Shown here in pieces: positions 39,872 to 48,712 of a DNA stretch of 64,000 nt; the first letter of the stretch is position 1; each line of letters starts with the position of its first letter. The position numbers and the translations under genes are program-made. The notes below the pieces were generated by a model. The model saw only the letters and a program-made list of their open reading frames with translations. It did not search any database and had not been told where the DNA came from. Origin of the DNA: Minisyncoccota bacterium (GTDB taxonomy: Bacteria; Patescibacteriota; Minisyncoccia; Phycocordibacterales; UBA9973); assembly GCA_035714785.1 (NCBI GenBank), contig DASTLQ010000011.1:6124-70123 (forward strand). The letters are read 5' to 3'.

Positions 39872-39906
39872 TCTCCGCCCTGATGTATGGTTGCGGGGAT
39901 TTTTTC
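39872..39906 (+). terminator. probable terminator of the 6S-like RNA
   Basis: TCTCCGC..GCGGGGA followed by TTTTTTC. Confidence 0.55.
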
Positions 39907-39936
39907 TTAAGAGTTCTTTAGTGGTAGAATAATCTT

Positions 39937-40314
39937 ATGGAAAGGAAAAAATTAGGAATACCGTTGGTAATACTCGTTTTTTTTATACTGTTCATCAACT
40001 ATGTGGCGATGAAGTTTCATTGGTATTCTGCTCTTCCATGGTTTGATATGCCCATGCATTTTCTGGGAGGATTCTGGGTAGCTCTTTTGGTTGCATTTAT
40101 TCTACCTAGTCGACACTTTTCTATACATTTTGTTTTAAAAATACTTGCTGGCGTTCTTTTGATCGGCATACTGTGGGAAATTTTTGAAGTGACATTAAAT
40201 ACTATTACCGTAAAAGATACTTTCGACATGGTGGACACTTTGTCGGATCTTTTCTTCGATATCGTTGGTGGCTTGGCTGCTACGCTAGTTCTTTATCGTA
40301 GCTCCAAAGTGTAA
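39937..40314 (+). CDS. small multi-pass membrane protein (VanZ/DUF2238-like)
   Basis: WFDMPMHFLGG, ILWEIFE, DTLSDLFFDIVGG; four TMs. Confidence 0.7.
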   Translation: MERKKLGIPLVILVFFILFINYVAMKFHWYSALPWFDMPMHFLGGFWVALLVAFILPSRHFSIHFVLKILAGVLLIGILWEIFEVTLNTITVKDTFDMVDTLSDLFFDIVGGLAATLVLYRSSKV

Positions 40315-40387
40315 GGGGACCCCTTGCATGTTAAGGGTCCACCTTCGCCTCTGGCGAAGGCGGACCCTTGGGCGAAGGTGGACCCTT
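40310..40387. repeat. family-1 core plus family-2 palindrome (40333-40369) and an extra half copy
   Basis: TGTAAGGGGACCCCTTGCA then AAGGGTCCACCTTCGCC-TCT-GGCGAAGGCGGACCCTT and GGCGAAGGTGGACCCTT. Confidence 0.93.
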
Positions 40388-40411
40388 AACAATTTATGAT
40401 ATAATCTTCAT

Positions 40412-41773
40412 ATGACAAATGCCAAAATTACTTTCTGCGGAGGAGCAGGAACGGTGACAGGAGCAAACTTTCTTTTTGAAATAGATAATAAAAAAATATT
40501 AATAGACTGCGGGCTGACTCAATCTGCAAAAATCGCGGACGATGTAAACTGGAGTCCTTTTCCATACGATGCAAAGGAGATTGATATTCTCTTTGTTTCG
40601 CATGCCCATATTGACCATATAGGTAGAATTCCCAAGCTTATTCATGAAGGTTTTCGAGGAGAAATTTATTCTACCAAGCCCACCCACGATTTGGCTCACC
40701 CAATGCTCGAAGACACCGCCGGAATTCTTTCTAAGAACGAAAAACTACATCTCGAGGAAATTTATTCTGATGAAAATCTAAATACCACTGCTTCTCTTTG
40801 GAAAAGTTTCGACTATAGTGAAAAAATCAAGGTTAGCGAGGAAGTGGAAGTGCAATTTCTGAATGCGGGACATATTTTAGGGTCAGCTATGATTTTATTT
40901 ACCTACAAGGGCAAAAAGATTCTCTTTACAGGAGACCTTGGAAACAGTCCGTCACCGCTTTTGCCTGATACCGAGCATATTGAGGACATCGACTACATGG
41001 TCATGGAAAGTGTTTATGGAGATCGCAATCATGAATCTCGTGATGAGCGCCGAAAAAAGCTCGAGGAAGTGATTGAGGATAATTATAAAAGAAAAGGAGT
41101 GCTGATCATTCCTACTTTTTCTCTAGAGCGTTCTCAAGAATTACTTTTTGAGCTGAACAATCTCGTAGAAGGGAAGCGTATTCCTGTAATGCCAGTTTTC
41201 TTAGATTCCCCTCTAGCTATTCGCCTCACTGAAATTTTTAAAAAATATAAGGACTATTTTAATGATGATGCTCAGAGAATAATGACTCACGATCCGCATC
41301 TTTTTGATTTTCCTGGGCTAAAATTTACCCTCGAAGCAGATGAATCCAAACAGATTGAAAAAACACCGAATCCAAAGATAATTATTGCTGGCTCAGGGAT
41401 GTCTTCTGGGGGAAGAGTGGTGCATCACGAAAGACACTTTCTGCCAGACCCAAACAATACCTTGCTTTTGACGGGATATCAGGTGGTGGGCAGTCCGGGT
41501 AGGTTGATTCAAGAAGGTCTAAAAACCGTTAAGATTACGGGAGAATATGTAGATGTGCGATCTCATGTTGCCACCATTTACGGATATTCAGGTCACAAAG
41601 ATTCTGATGGCCTCCTTCGATTTATTCAAGAAAAAAGAGAACATCTAAAAAAAGTTTTTGTAGTGATGGGGGAGCCGAAGTCCTCTATGTTTTTGGTGCA
41701 AAAAATTCGCGACAATCTAGGCATCGAAGCCCATGCCCCTGAGCAGGATGACAGTGTCGTCCTAGAATTCTAG
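40412..41773 (+). CDS. beta-CASP metallo-beta-lactamase RNase
   Basis: SHAHIDHIG, AGHILGSA, FTGDLG, MESVYG, AGSGMSSGGR, YSGH. Confidence 0.92.
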   Translation: MTNAKITFCGGAGTVTGANFLFEIDNKKILIDCGLTQSAKIADDVNWSPFPYDAKEIDILFVSHAHIDHIGRIPKLIHEGFRGEIYSTKPTHDLAHPMLEDTAGILSKNEKLHLEEIYSDENLNTTASLWKSFDYSEKIKVSEEVEVQFLNAGHILGSAMILFTYKGKKILFTGDLGNSPSPLLPDTEHIEDIDYMVMESVYGDRNHESRDERRKKLEEVIEDNYKRKGVLIIPTFSLERSQELLFELNNLVEGKRIPVMPVFLDSPLAIRLTEIFKKYKDYFNDDAQRIMTHDPHLFDFPGLKFTLEADESKQIEKTPNPKIIIAGSGMSSGGRVVHHERHFLPDPNNTLLLTGYQVVGSPGRLIQEGLKTVKITGEYVDVRSHVATIYGYSGHKDSDGLLRFIQEKREHLKKVFVVMGEPKSSMFLVQKIRDNLGIEAHAPEQDDSVVLEF

Positions 41774-41781
41774 CTAGGGTT

Positions 41782-41864
41782 GGGGTAAGGGGTCCCCTTG
41801 CATGTTATCCACAGGTAAGGGTGGTGGGTGTGGATAAAGTGTAAGGGGTCCCCTTACACCTTAC
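41782..41864. repeat. family-1 repeat, near-identical reverse complement of about 11403-11479
   Basis: two cores, TTATCCACA 41805-41813, TGTGGATAA 41829-41837. Confidence 0.95.
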
Positions 41865-41883
41865 TTTTTGCTATAATATAAAT

Positions 41884-42528
41884 ATGCAAAATACATCACA
41901 CACACCAAATACTCAAAACTCACCACTTTGTGAAAGTCCGTTTACTAAACATGGACACAATCAGATTAAAATTTGTGTTTCCGGCGCAGCTGAAACGGGT
42001 CACTGCGGAGCGAACGCTCTGGAAAAAGCAAAAGAGCTCGGTAGGGAAATAGCTCGTCAAGGAGCGATCATCGTCACTGGCGCCACCACTGGCTTTCCGT
42101 TGTGGTCTGCCATGGGAGCAAAAGAAGAAGGAGGAATTTCTATCGGTCTTTCTCCAGCAGCTACTGAAAAAGAACACGCAGAATCTTACAAGCTACCACT
42201 AGACTACATGGACTTAATCATTTACACCGGCTTCGGATATCCCGGCCGAGATTTGCTCCTGACTCGCTCGGTGGATGCTGTCATTTGTGGATGCGGACGT
42301 ATCGGAACTATTCACGAATTCACTATTGCCTTTGAAGATGGAAAAGTAATCGGAATATACGAAGGTCCATGGGAAATGGGCAATCAGCTAAAAGATATTT
42401 TGGCCAAAGGTCACCGTCCAAGCGACAAAATCGTAGCTAGCGACGACCCAAAAAAGCTAGTCGCCGACATCATAGCGAAAGTAAAAGAAGTGAAGGTAAA
42501 AGAATACAATATGGTAGAGACCGCTTAG
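41884..42528 (+). CDS. LOG/SLOG family (TIGR00725-like) protein
   Basis: VSG, IVTGATTG, GAKEEGG.SIG, TGFG..GRD, GRIGTIHE. Confidence 0.8.
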   Translation: MQNTSHTPNTQNSPLCESPFTKHGHNQIKICVSGAAETGHCGANALEKAKELGREIARQGAIIVTGATTGFPLWSAMGAKEEGGISIGLSPAATEKEHAESYKLPLDYMDLIIYTGFGYPGRDLLLTRSVDAVICGCGRIGTIHEFTIAFEDGKVIGIYEGPWEMGNQLKDILAKGHRPSDKIVASDDPKKLVADIIAKVKEVKVKEYNMVETA

Positions 42529-43082
42529 CCCTCCATCGCCTCCTTTAATTTTTGAAAGCCGTTCTTGTCATAGGGAACGGTTTTTAAGTTTGGGAGTTTG
42601 CCGATATCCAAATCACTGAGAAAAATTTCACGATTTTCAACAAAAATAACTTTTTCATCCGGAAATTCTTGGCAGATTTTTTCGATTACCTCTTTCTTGC
42701 TACCAGACACCACTATAATTTCTTCAAAAAACGGTGCGATCCCGCTCATCTCGATTTTTTCAAGTTGAAATTCCTGCTCACCGTTGGTCACGATGTAGCA
42801 ATTTTCCTTTCCAGTCGCAACTACTACGCTCATGAGTTCTTCATTTACTAAATCGGAGCATGTTTCCATTATTCTTTGATAAAGCTCCACTTTTTTCTTT
42901 TCATCGGTGAAAAATTTTCCAATATAATCCATCAAAGAAAATTCCTTGACGCGCATCTCTTTGTATAAAGTTTCAGATTGAATTCTAGGAATCCCTTCGG
43001 CCTCGAGCACAGAAAACATCCTTTCCTTAAAAAGGGGAGTGGTCCTAAACAATGTATCATCAAAATCAAAAATTAATTTCAT
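42525..43082 (-). CDS. HAD-superfamily hydrolase
   Basis: IFDFDDTL, VTNG. Confidence 0.8.
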   Translation of the reverse strand: MKLIFDFDDTLFRTTPLFKERMFSVLEAEGIPRIQSETLYKEMRVKEFSLMDYIGKFFTDEKKKVELYQRIMETCSDLVNEELMSVVVATGKENCYIVTNGEQEFQLEKIEMSGIAPFFEEIIVVSGSKKEVIEKICQEFPDEKVIFVENREIFLSDLDIGKLPNLKTVPYDKNGFQKLKEAMEG

Positions 43083-44071
43083 TACTTCTTTGTTTTCTTA
43101 ATTATATCCTCCACGCAAGACGCAATTTTAGTTGAATCGTGACGAATATAACTGCGAGCCTTTGCGCGGGCGTCGGATTTATTATATTTGATCACCGCAT
43201 GAGAGATAAGGGGAGCGCGAATAGCCCTCGGATCGTCAAAATCGTCTTTAATTAGTACCCCGTTTCCTTCTTTGAGCTCATAACGTCGCACCTGTTCTTT
43301 GGAGGGTGGCTCGTTGTTTATCAGCACAAAATCCACTGGCCGTCCTAGATATTCTTCAATGGCCACTACATAATTGCTTACATTCCAACGCTTGGTGTGT
43401 CCTTTTTTGTTAGTGAGATTTATTGGAAAAATTAATTTGGCTTTGGTTTTTTGGATAGCATTTCGGAACCCTTCTACTAAAAGATTTGGCACCACGGATT
43501 CATAAAAATTGCCGGGGCCAAGCACAATATAGTCAGCGGTCAGGATTTCTTTTATCGCTTTGTCATTTATTTTTGCCCTTCCTTCATAAAAAATTTTGCG
43601 CAGCCCTTTTTTTTGAAAATCTGTATCGTCTATTTCTATCTGCCCTTTTACTACCGTTCCATCGCCCAGCATTGCACAGAGGTGAGTCTTGTTTTTTGTT
43701 ACCGGCACCACTGTTCCTTCTACTTTTAAAATTTCAGAAGCTACTTCTACTCCAGTAGCAAAGTCACCAGTCACTTTTTCGAGAGCGGCGAGGAGAATAT
43801 TTCCGAAGCTGTGACCTTTGAGTGTGCCGTCGTCATCAAAACGATAGCTCATGAGTTTTCGCACTACATCGCTATGCTCGCTTAGGGCTACTAGACATTG
43901 GCGAACATCCCCTGGGGGAAGTACTCCGAGTTCGTCACGCAATATTCTAGTAGAACCTCCATTGTCGGCCATCGAAACAATGGCAGTGAGAGAAACATTT
44001 TTTAGGTGTTTGAGTCCGGACAGGACAGTATAACTACCGGTGCCTCCACCTACAGTAACTATTTTTTTCAT
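43082..44071 (-). CDS. YvcK/GlmR (UPF0052) family protein
   Basis: GGGTG, ADNGGS..LR..PPGDVR, GHSFGN, LGPG, RHD. Confidence 0.92.
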   Translation of the reverse strand: MKKIVTVGGGTGSYTVLSGLKHLKNVSLTAIVSMADNGGSTRILRDELGVLPPGDVRQCLVALSEHSDVVRKLMSYRFDDDGTLKGHSFGNILLAALEKVTGDFATGVEVASEILKVEGTVVPVTKNKTHLCAMLGDGTVVKGQIEIDDTDFQKKGLRKIFYEGRAKINDKAIKEILTADYIVLGPGNFYESVVPNLLVEGFRNAIQKTKAKLIFPINLTNKKGHTKRWNVSNYVVAIEEYLGRPVDFVLINNEPPSKEQVRRYELKEGNGVLIKDDFDDPRAIRAPLISHAVIKYNKSDARAKARSYIRHDSTKIASCVEDIIKKTKK

Positions 44072-44099
44072 ATAGCAAGTAGACGATTAAAAAGTAAGA

Positions 44100-44444
44100 T
44101 TACTTCACGTTTGCGAGAACCTTAGCAAAAGAGCTTGGATGATTTTCAGCCAAATCAGCCAATATTTTTCTATTTAAAGAAATATTATTCTTTTTAAGTG
44201 CACCCATAAGCTTAGAATAGCTCAAACCGTTTTCGCGGGAAGTCGCATTGATCTTGATATTCCAAAGTTTTCGGTTGTGGGATTTCTTGTCTCGGCGGTG
44301 CGCAAAAGCATATGCTCCAGCGTGCAGAAGGGCTTCCTTTGCCTGACGTTCTTTAGTGCTTCGTCCATGGCGGAAACCTTTAGTCTGCTTTAAAATACTC
44401 TTTCTTCTTTTTAAGGCATGTACGCCTTTTTTAACTCTTGTCAT
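44100..44444 (-). CDS. rplT: 50S ribosomal protein L20
   Basis: MTRVKKG, HRRDKK..RKLW..IN, LNRKILADLA. Confidence 0.98.
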   Translation of the reverse strand: MTRVKKGVHALKRRKSILKQTKGFRHGRSTKERQAKEALLHAGAYAFAHRRDKKSHNRKLWNIKINATSRENGLSYSKLMGALKKNNISLNRKILADLAENHPSSFAKVLANVK

Positions 44445-44458
44445 GTTGGCTTAATGAA

Positions 44459-44644
44459 TTAGGAAAATGGTAATAGGTGACTTTTTGGTTTGTTCTTGAT
44501 GGTGAATTTCCCGCCTTTTCTGCCGGCGAGCTGGGTGGTTCGGGATTGTTTAGCATTGAAATGGTTAAAACCTGGCTTTCGGCTTATAACCTTACCGTTC
44601 TTTGTGACTTTTAGTCTTTTTGAAAATGATTTATTTGTTTTCAT
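44459..44644 (-). CDS. rpmI: 50S ribosomal protein L35
   Basis: MKTNKSFSKRLKVTKNGK; lies between infC and rplT. Confidence 0.93.
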   Translation of the reverse strand: MKTNKSFSKRLKVTKNGKVISRKPGFNHFNAKQSRTTQLAGRKGGKFTIKNKPKSHLLPFS

Positions 44645-45147
44645 TATTTTGCTTTCTCTATTGTAATGGTTAGACCTTTCGGGCCCCGTTTGTATGTTTC
44701 GGATACTTTAAATTCTCCGGTAATGAGGTGGAGGACTCGGTCCAGTCGCTCTCTCAAGAATTTCTCATCCATGTATTTGCTTCGTCCTACAAGGAAAAGT
44801 TCTGCTTTGATTCTGTGTCCTTCGGCTAGCCATTTTGAAGCGGCCTTAGCTTTTAGTTCCAGATCATGCTCGCCAGTACCTATTTTAATCTGAATAGACT
44901 TGGTTTCGGTTGGCTTTGCACCCTTTGCTTTCTTTTGTTTTTTACTTGCTTCGTACTGATATTTTCCAAAATCGGTAATCTTGGCAACAGGGGGATTGGC
45001 ATTTGGAGATATTTCAATCAGGTCCAAACCCGCTTCCTCTGCCTTGTCCAGAGCTTCTTTAAAGCTTAAAACGCCAAGGTTTTCATTGTTGCTTCCTATT
45101 ACGCGGAGCTCTTTGGCTCTTATTTGGTTGTTTATTCGTTCTCGCAA
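44644..45147 (-). CDS. infC: translation initiation factor IF-3 (non-ATG start)
   Basis: INNQIRAKELRVI, LDLIEISPNANPPVAKITDFGKYQY, IGTGEHDL; only TTG/ATA/ATT in frame at the 5' end. Confidence 0.95.
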   Translation of the reverse strand: MRERINNQIRAKELRVIGSNNENLGVLSFKEALDKAEEAGLDLIEISPNANPPVAKITDFGKYQYEASKKQKKAKGAKPTETKSIQIKIGTGEHDLELKAKAASKWLAEGHRIKAELFLVGRSKYMDEKFLRERLDRVLHLITGEFKVSETYKRGPKGLTITIEKAK

Positions 45148-45271
45148 GTGGTATATCGAAATTCCACAGAGGAATTTAACTTCGTAAGTTTAGCCCATTT
45201 GGGGGTTAAAGTCAAACGGGAAAGCGCGTATAGCCATTGAACGCCTAGGATAATAATTGTATAATATATAT

Positions 45272-46510
45272 ATGACAAATAAAGAGATGACCAATTTTAT
45301 CAAGGAGCAATTAAAGTCTGGTACTTCACAAGAGAATATTACTACAGCTCTTATGACAAACGGCTGGACAGAAAATGATATCAAGGAAGGTTTCGAGAAG
45401 GCTACTGGAAAAATCAGCATGAAAAATATGATTTTATACACCCTCGTTGGTGTTATTTTTATTTTAGGTATTGGTGGGTATTATTTTAGAGAGGATATAA
45501 AATCATCTTCTTTGGTAAAGGATATGCTTTTGGTGGTAGGAATAGGGGAGGAATATCCCGTGTTAGTGGAAAATGAATTAGCTGGGGATTTTCTTTTGGC
45601 AGAAAAAAATACCGAGAGCGCTGTTTCTTCATCTGAACTTTCTGATTCTGAACTTTCTGAAAAGTCTGCTCCTGCTGAAAAGAAAGAGGGTGAAAAACCT
45701 CAGGTAGAGAAAAAAACTACAGGTCTTCCTGGTACTATGACCTTTACCAGTAAAACTCATAAGTTCTCTTTCGCTCATCTGGATACCTATCTCAATTTCT
45801 CAGAGGGATACCTTTTGGAAATGAAAAAAAATAATAACTTGGGAGAAAAAATGGAAGAAGCTTGTAGAAAAAAGGAGGACCCAGCTCTGTCTTACGAAGA
45901 ATGTATTGCGCAAATGGAAAGAATGAAAGAAGTGTACCTTTATATTGCGAGCGAGTTTGAAGAACAACTAAAAGGTCCGACCGACATGGATGGCGACGAC
46001 GAATTTAGTTATTATAAAGTGGACGATTTTAGTCGGATGGATGAATCCTTCAGATACTTTGTAAGAAGCCTGAACGAAAAAATTTTTATTCCTAGTGGGA
46101 GTCAGGGAGAATGGGTGACAATAAAGCTGAGTGAACACCAAGAGGCAGGTTTCCGACCGAATCTTTATTATGTTTATAAGGACGGAGGAATTTCTCAAGT
46201 TGAAGATGCAACGCTTGATATGCAGTCCATGGGAGAAGAAGGAAGACGACTGAATCCTCATGTGGTCCCCATGAAATATACTCCTCTTAAGCCGGTTGCT
46301 ACTTCAGAAGCAGGGGTGCCTTTCTATAAAATTAACCAAGGGAAGACCCAGAGCCATTTAAATTTATACTGTGCAGTAGGAGGGAAGGTGGTGTGCTTTG
46401 ATACAGAAAATCTGCTCTCCTTTGAAGATAGGATGAAAGGAAAAAATGATGTAGCGCTTGAAAAGAAAGTTATGGATCCAATCATGAAGACATTTAAGTT
46501 TTTGAAGTAA
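45272..46510 (+). CDS. hypothetical single-pass membrane protein
   Basis: long ORF; N-terminal helical motif ..G.S.E.I...L...GW...DI then TM; TATAAT 6 nt before ATG 45272. Confidence 0.7.
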   Translation: MTNKEMTNFIKEQLKSGTSQENITTALMTNGWTENDIKEGFEKATGKISMKNMILYTLVGVIFILGIGGYYFREDIKSSSLVKDMLLVVGIGEEYPVLVENELAGDFLLAEKNTESAVSSSELSDSELSEKSAPAEKKEGEKPQVEKKTTGLPGTMTFTSKTHKFSFAHLDTYLNFSEGYLLEMKKNNNLGEKMEEACRKKEDPALSYEECIAQMERMKEVYLYIASEFEEQLKGPTDMDGDDEFSYYKVDDFSRMDESFRYFVRSLNEKIFIPSGSQGEWVTIKLSEHQEAGFRPNLYYVYKDGGISQVEDATLDMQSMGEEGRRLNPHVVPMKYTPLKPVATSEAGVPFYKINQGKTQSHLNLYCAVGGKVVCFDTENLLSFEDRMKGKNDVALEKKVMDPIMKTFKFLK

Positions 46511-46544
46511 GGAATTTTTTCCCTGGGGAAATGAGAAAAAAAGA

Positions 46545-46578
46545 AATCCCGCCAGAGATCTTGCGATATGGCGGGATT
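46545..46578. terminator. hairpin between convergent genes
   Basis: AATCCCGCCA..TGGCGGGATT. Confidence 0.6.
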
Positions 46579-46581
46579 AGC

Positions 46582-47250
46582 TTAGTTTAAGACCGTGATT
46601 GCTTGTAAGGCGATCAGGGTAATAATGATTACGCTGTTATAGAAAGAATGATAAGTAGTGCTTACCAATACCGCTTGTTCTTCGGCGCGTGTATGGTCGT
46701 TGTGCTCCTTTAATTCCTTCAAGTACGTCTTTCTGTACTTATTGGCATAAAAAAAACCAGTACCGATTAAGGCTATTCCCGCTGCGAGGGAAATGCCGAC
46801 TAAACAATGGATAAGTCCAAACACAACAGATTGTTTGATAATGTCTGGCCACTTATGGTTGCCTTTCCTGAATATTTTTTCCTCCAAGTGGGCCAATAAT
46901 GGTATTGCCACAAGGAAAAGGAGAAAGAAAAGAAATGGCAGGACTTGAACCCACCTGATACTGGTGTTTGCTGCTTCTATAATGGGAGCAATGTATATAT
47001 TCCCTCCTTCATTATAAAAAAGGTTCATCCACCCATATTTAAACAATGGACTCCACCAAGCCAATAGGCTGTAAATTAGGAATGTTTGGAGTATAACCGC
47101 AAAGACTTCAAAGAACATTATTACCCTAAACCGTGACCAGATGGTCGTGACGAATTTAATATTATGCCGCTCTGTGTAAACCGTGTGAACGACAAGTGTC
47201 ACTGTTACTAAGGCCAAGAAAACTTTCAATACAACGGAGAATGTATGCAT
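46582..47250 (-). CDS. CPBP/CAAX (Abi) family intramembrane protease-like protein
   Basis: EEKIFR, FGLIH, HSFYN motifs; multi-TM; AAGGAG SD upstream. Confidence 0.75.
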   Translation of the reverse strand: MHTFSVVLKVFLALVTVTLVVHTVYTERHNIKFVTTIWSRFRVIMFFEVFAVILQTFLIYSLLAWWSPLFKYGWMNLFYNEGGNIYIAPIIEAANTSIRWVQVLPFLFFLLFLVAIPLLAHLEEKIFRKGNHKWPDIIKQSVVFGLIHCLVGISLAAGIALIGTGFFYANKYRKTYLKELKEHNDHTRAEEQAVLVSTTYHSFYNSVIIITLIALQAITVLN

Positions 47251-47340
47251 GGCACACTCCTTTTTGTTGGTTATGGAAAATAATTTATTTTATATATGAT
47301 GACATAGAATATATGAAAAGTCAAGATTGATACACGTATT

Positions 47341-47458
47341 CTAACCAATAGCTTGGACGGAATTAATCAATAATTGATTCGGCGTTTTGAAATTAATTCC
47401 CATATGCAACCGTTCTTGATTGTAGTATTGCAGGTATTTCTTTAGAGCGCAATTGATG
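47341..47458 (-). pseudogene. transposase remnant (integrase-core C-terminus, IS481/IS3-like)
   Basis: minus-strand translation INCALKKYLQYYNQERLHMGINFKTPNQLLINSVQAIG*; YYN..R.H.....TP motif; no N-terminal part. Confidence 0.7.
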
Positions 47459-47718
47459 GAATAGCTACTTATTCCATAATTGCGCAAGGGGGAAATTACC
47501 TGCTACCTTTTGCTTTCACCATTGGAAGCGGGGTAAAAGCAGTTTTTTCAATCATGTTCCGAACGGAAAAACTTCGCTGGACGAGATTTGAAAGCATGGT
47601 GAAATTGGATACTCGAGCCGGCGAAATCGAGTCACAGGTTTTCGCCTGCTGGCGAAACCCGCGACCCCGCCTCGCGCCGTCGCGCTCCGGCTATTCGATT
47701 TCCCTCTGCAGCCACCAG

Positions 47719-47762
47719 CAAAAAGAAAACAGAGTACCGAATGGTACTCTGTTTTCTTTTTG
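47719..47762. terminator. perfect 20-bp stem terminator after the tmRNA 3' end
   Basis: CAAAAAGAAAACAGAGTACC-GAAT-GGTACTCTGTTTTCTTTTTG. Confidence 0.85.
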
Positions 47763-48183
47763 TGGAGATGGGGGAAATCGAATCCCCGTGCAAAAGAGTG
47801 CTACAACAAAGTCTACATGCATAGCGCGCTTATTTTCGCTTTCGCCTAGGGCGATCGCGGTTTAAGCTTTTAAACTAGTGAACGAGCGAAATATTTAAAA
47901 GCCGATCTTCTAAGTTTCGTCTCGAAAGCGAAGCTCAATCGAAACTATCCCGATAATTTTATGCCCCAACTCATGTATCGGAAGTCTATGAGTGAGACAC
48001 CGGTTCGCGTTAAGCGAAAGCCGGAGCGAAAGCAAAGTCCTTCGCACCGAAGTACGGAGAAGCGATTGCTTTAACTTTTGAAGTTAATTCTGCAATTAAC
48101 ACTTGAACGAAATTTTTACGAGATTGCGTTCATACTCGGCATGCATTGAGGCAACAGGTCCTTTGTCTATGCCTTGCATCCCC
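47763..48183 (-). ncRNA. ssrA: tmRNA
   Basis: 5' GGGGAUG pairs with 3' CAUCUCC-A including the G3.U Ala determinant; T-arm GGGGAUUCGAUUUCCCC; internal tag ORF 48093-48010; directly downstream of smpB. Confidence 0.95.
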
Positions 48184-48207
48184 ATATATATTAAGACGCT
48201 TTGTGCG

Positions 48208-48654
48208 TCAGTAATCTTTCAACGTGCGTCGAAGCTCACGGTCGGATTCGCGCTTTTTGATGGTCTCGCGTTTGTCGCGATTTTTCTTTCCTTTTGCGAG
48301 AGCGATTTCCGCTTTGATCTTCTTACCTTTATTATACACCGCTAAAGGCACTATTGTCAAGCTTCTGTTTTTATCATTTCCGGCCAGCTCCGCAAGCTCT
48401 TTTTTGGTCAAAAGAAGCCTTCTATTTCGCAGGGGGTCGTAATCTAATGGTGCGTTCTTCGGCTGAAAGGGAGTGATGTTTGCGTTGATTAGGTAAGCCT
48501 CTCCTCCGCGGACAATTACAAAAGACCCATCGAGTGACATTTTTCCGTCACGCACAGACTTTGCTTCCATGCCTGTAAGCTCGATGCCTGCCACATATTT
48601 ATCCATGATTTCGTACTCAAATCTGGCTTTTCTATTTTCTGCATAATGGCCCAT
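48208..48654 (-). CDS. smpB: SsrA-binding protein
   Basis: ENRKARFEY, AGIELTGME.KS, R.RRLLL, AKGKK..DKRETIK. Confidence 0.97.
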   Translation of the reverse strand: MGHYAENRKARFEYEIMDKYVAGIELTGMEAKSVRDGKMSLDGSFVIVRGGEAYLINANITPFQPKNAPLDYDPLRNRRLLLTKKELAELAGNDKNRSLTIVPLAVYNKGKKIKAEIALAKGKKNRDKRETIKKRESDRELRRTLKDY

Positions 48655-48712
48655 GCCATTATCTTAGCACAGTTTTTCTTATAAATTTTAACTTTTGTGT
48701 TATAATAATTCG

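Noticed and set aside
47554-47865. 103-aa ORF on the plus strand
   Set aside because: It runs through the structured element and terminator and antisense into tmRNA, with no protein motif.
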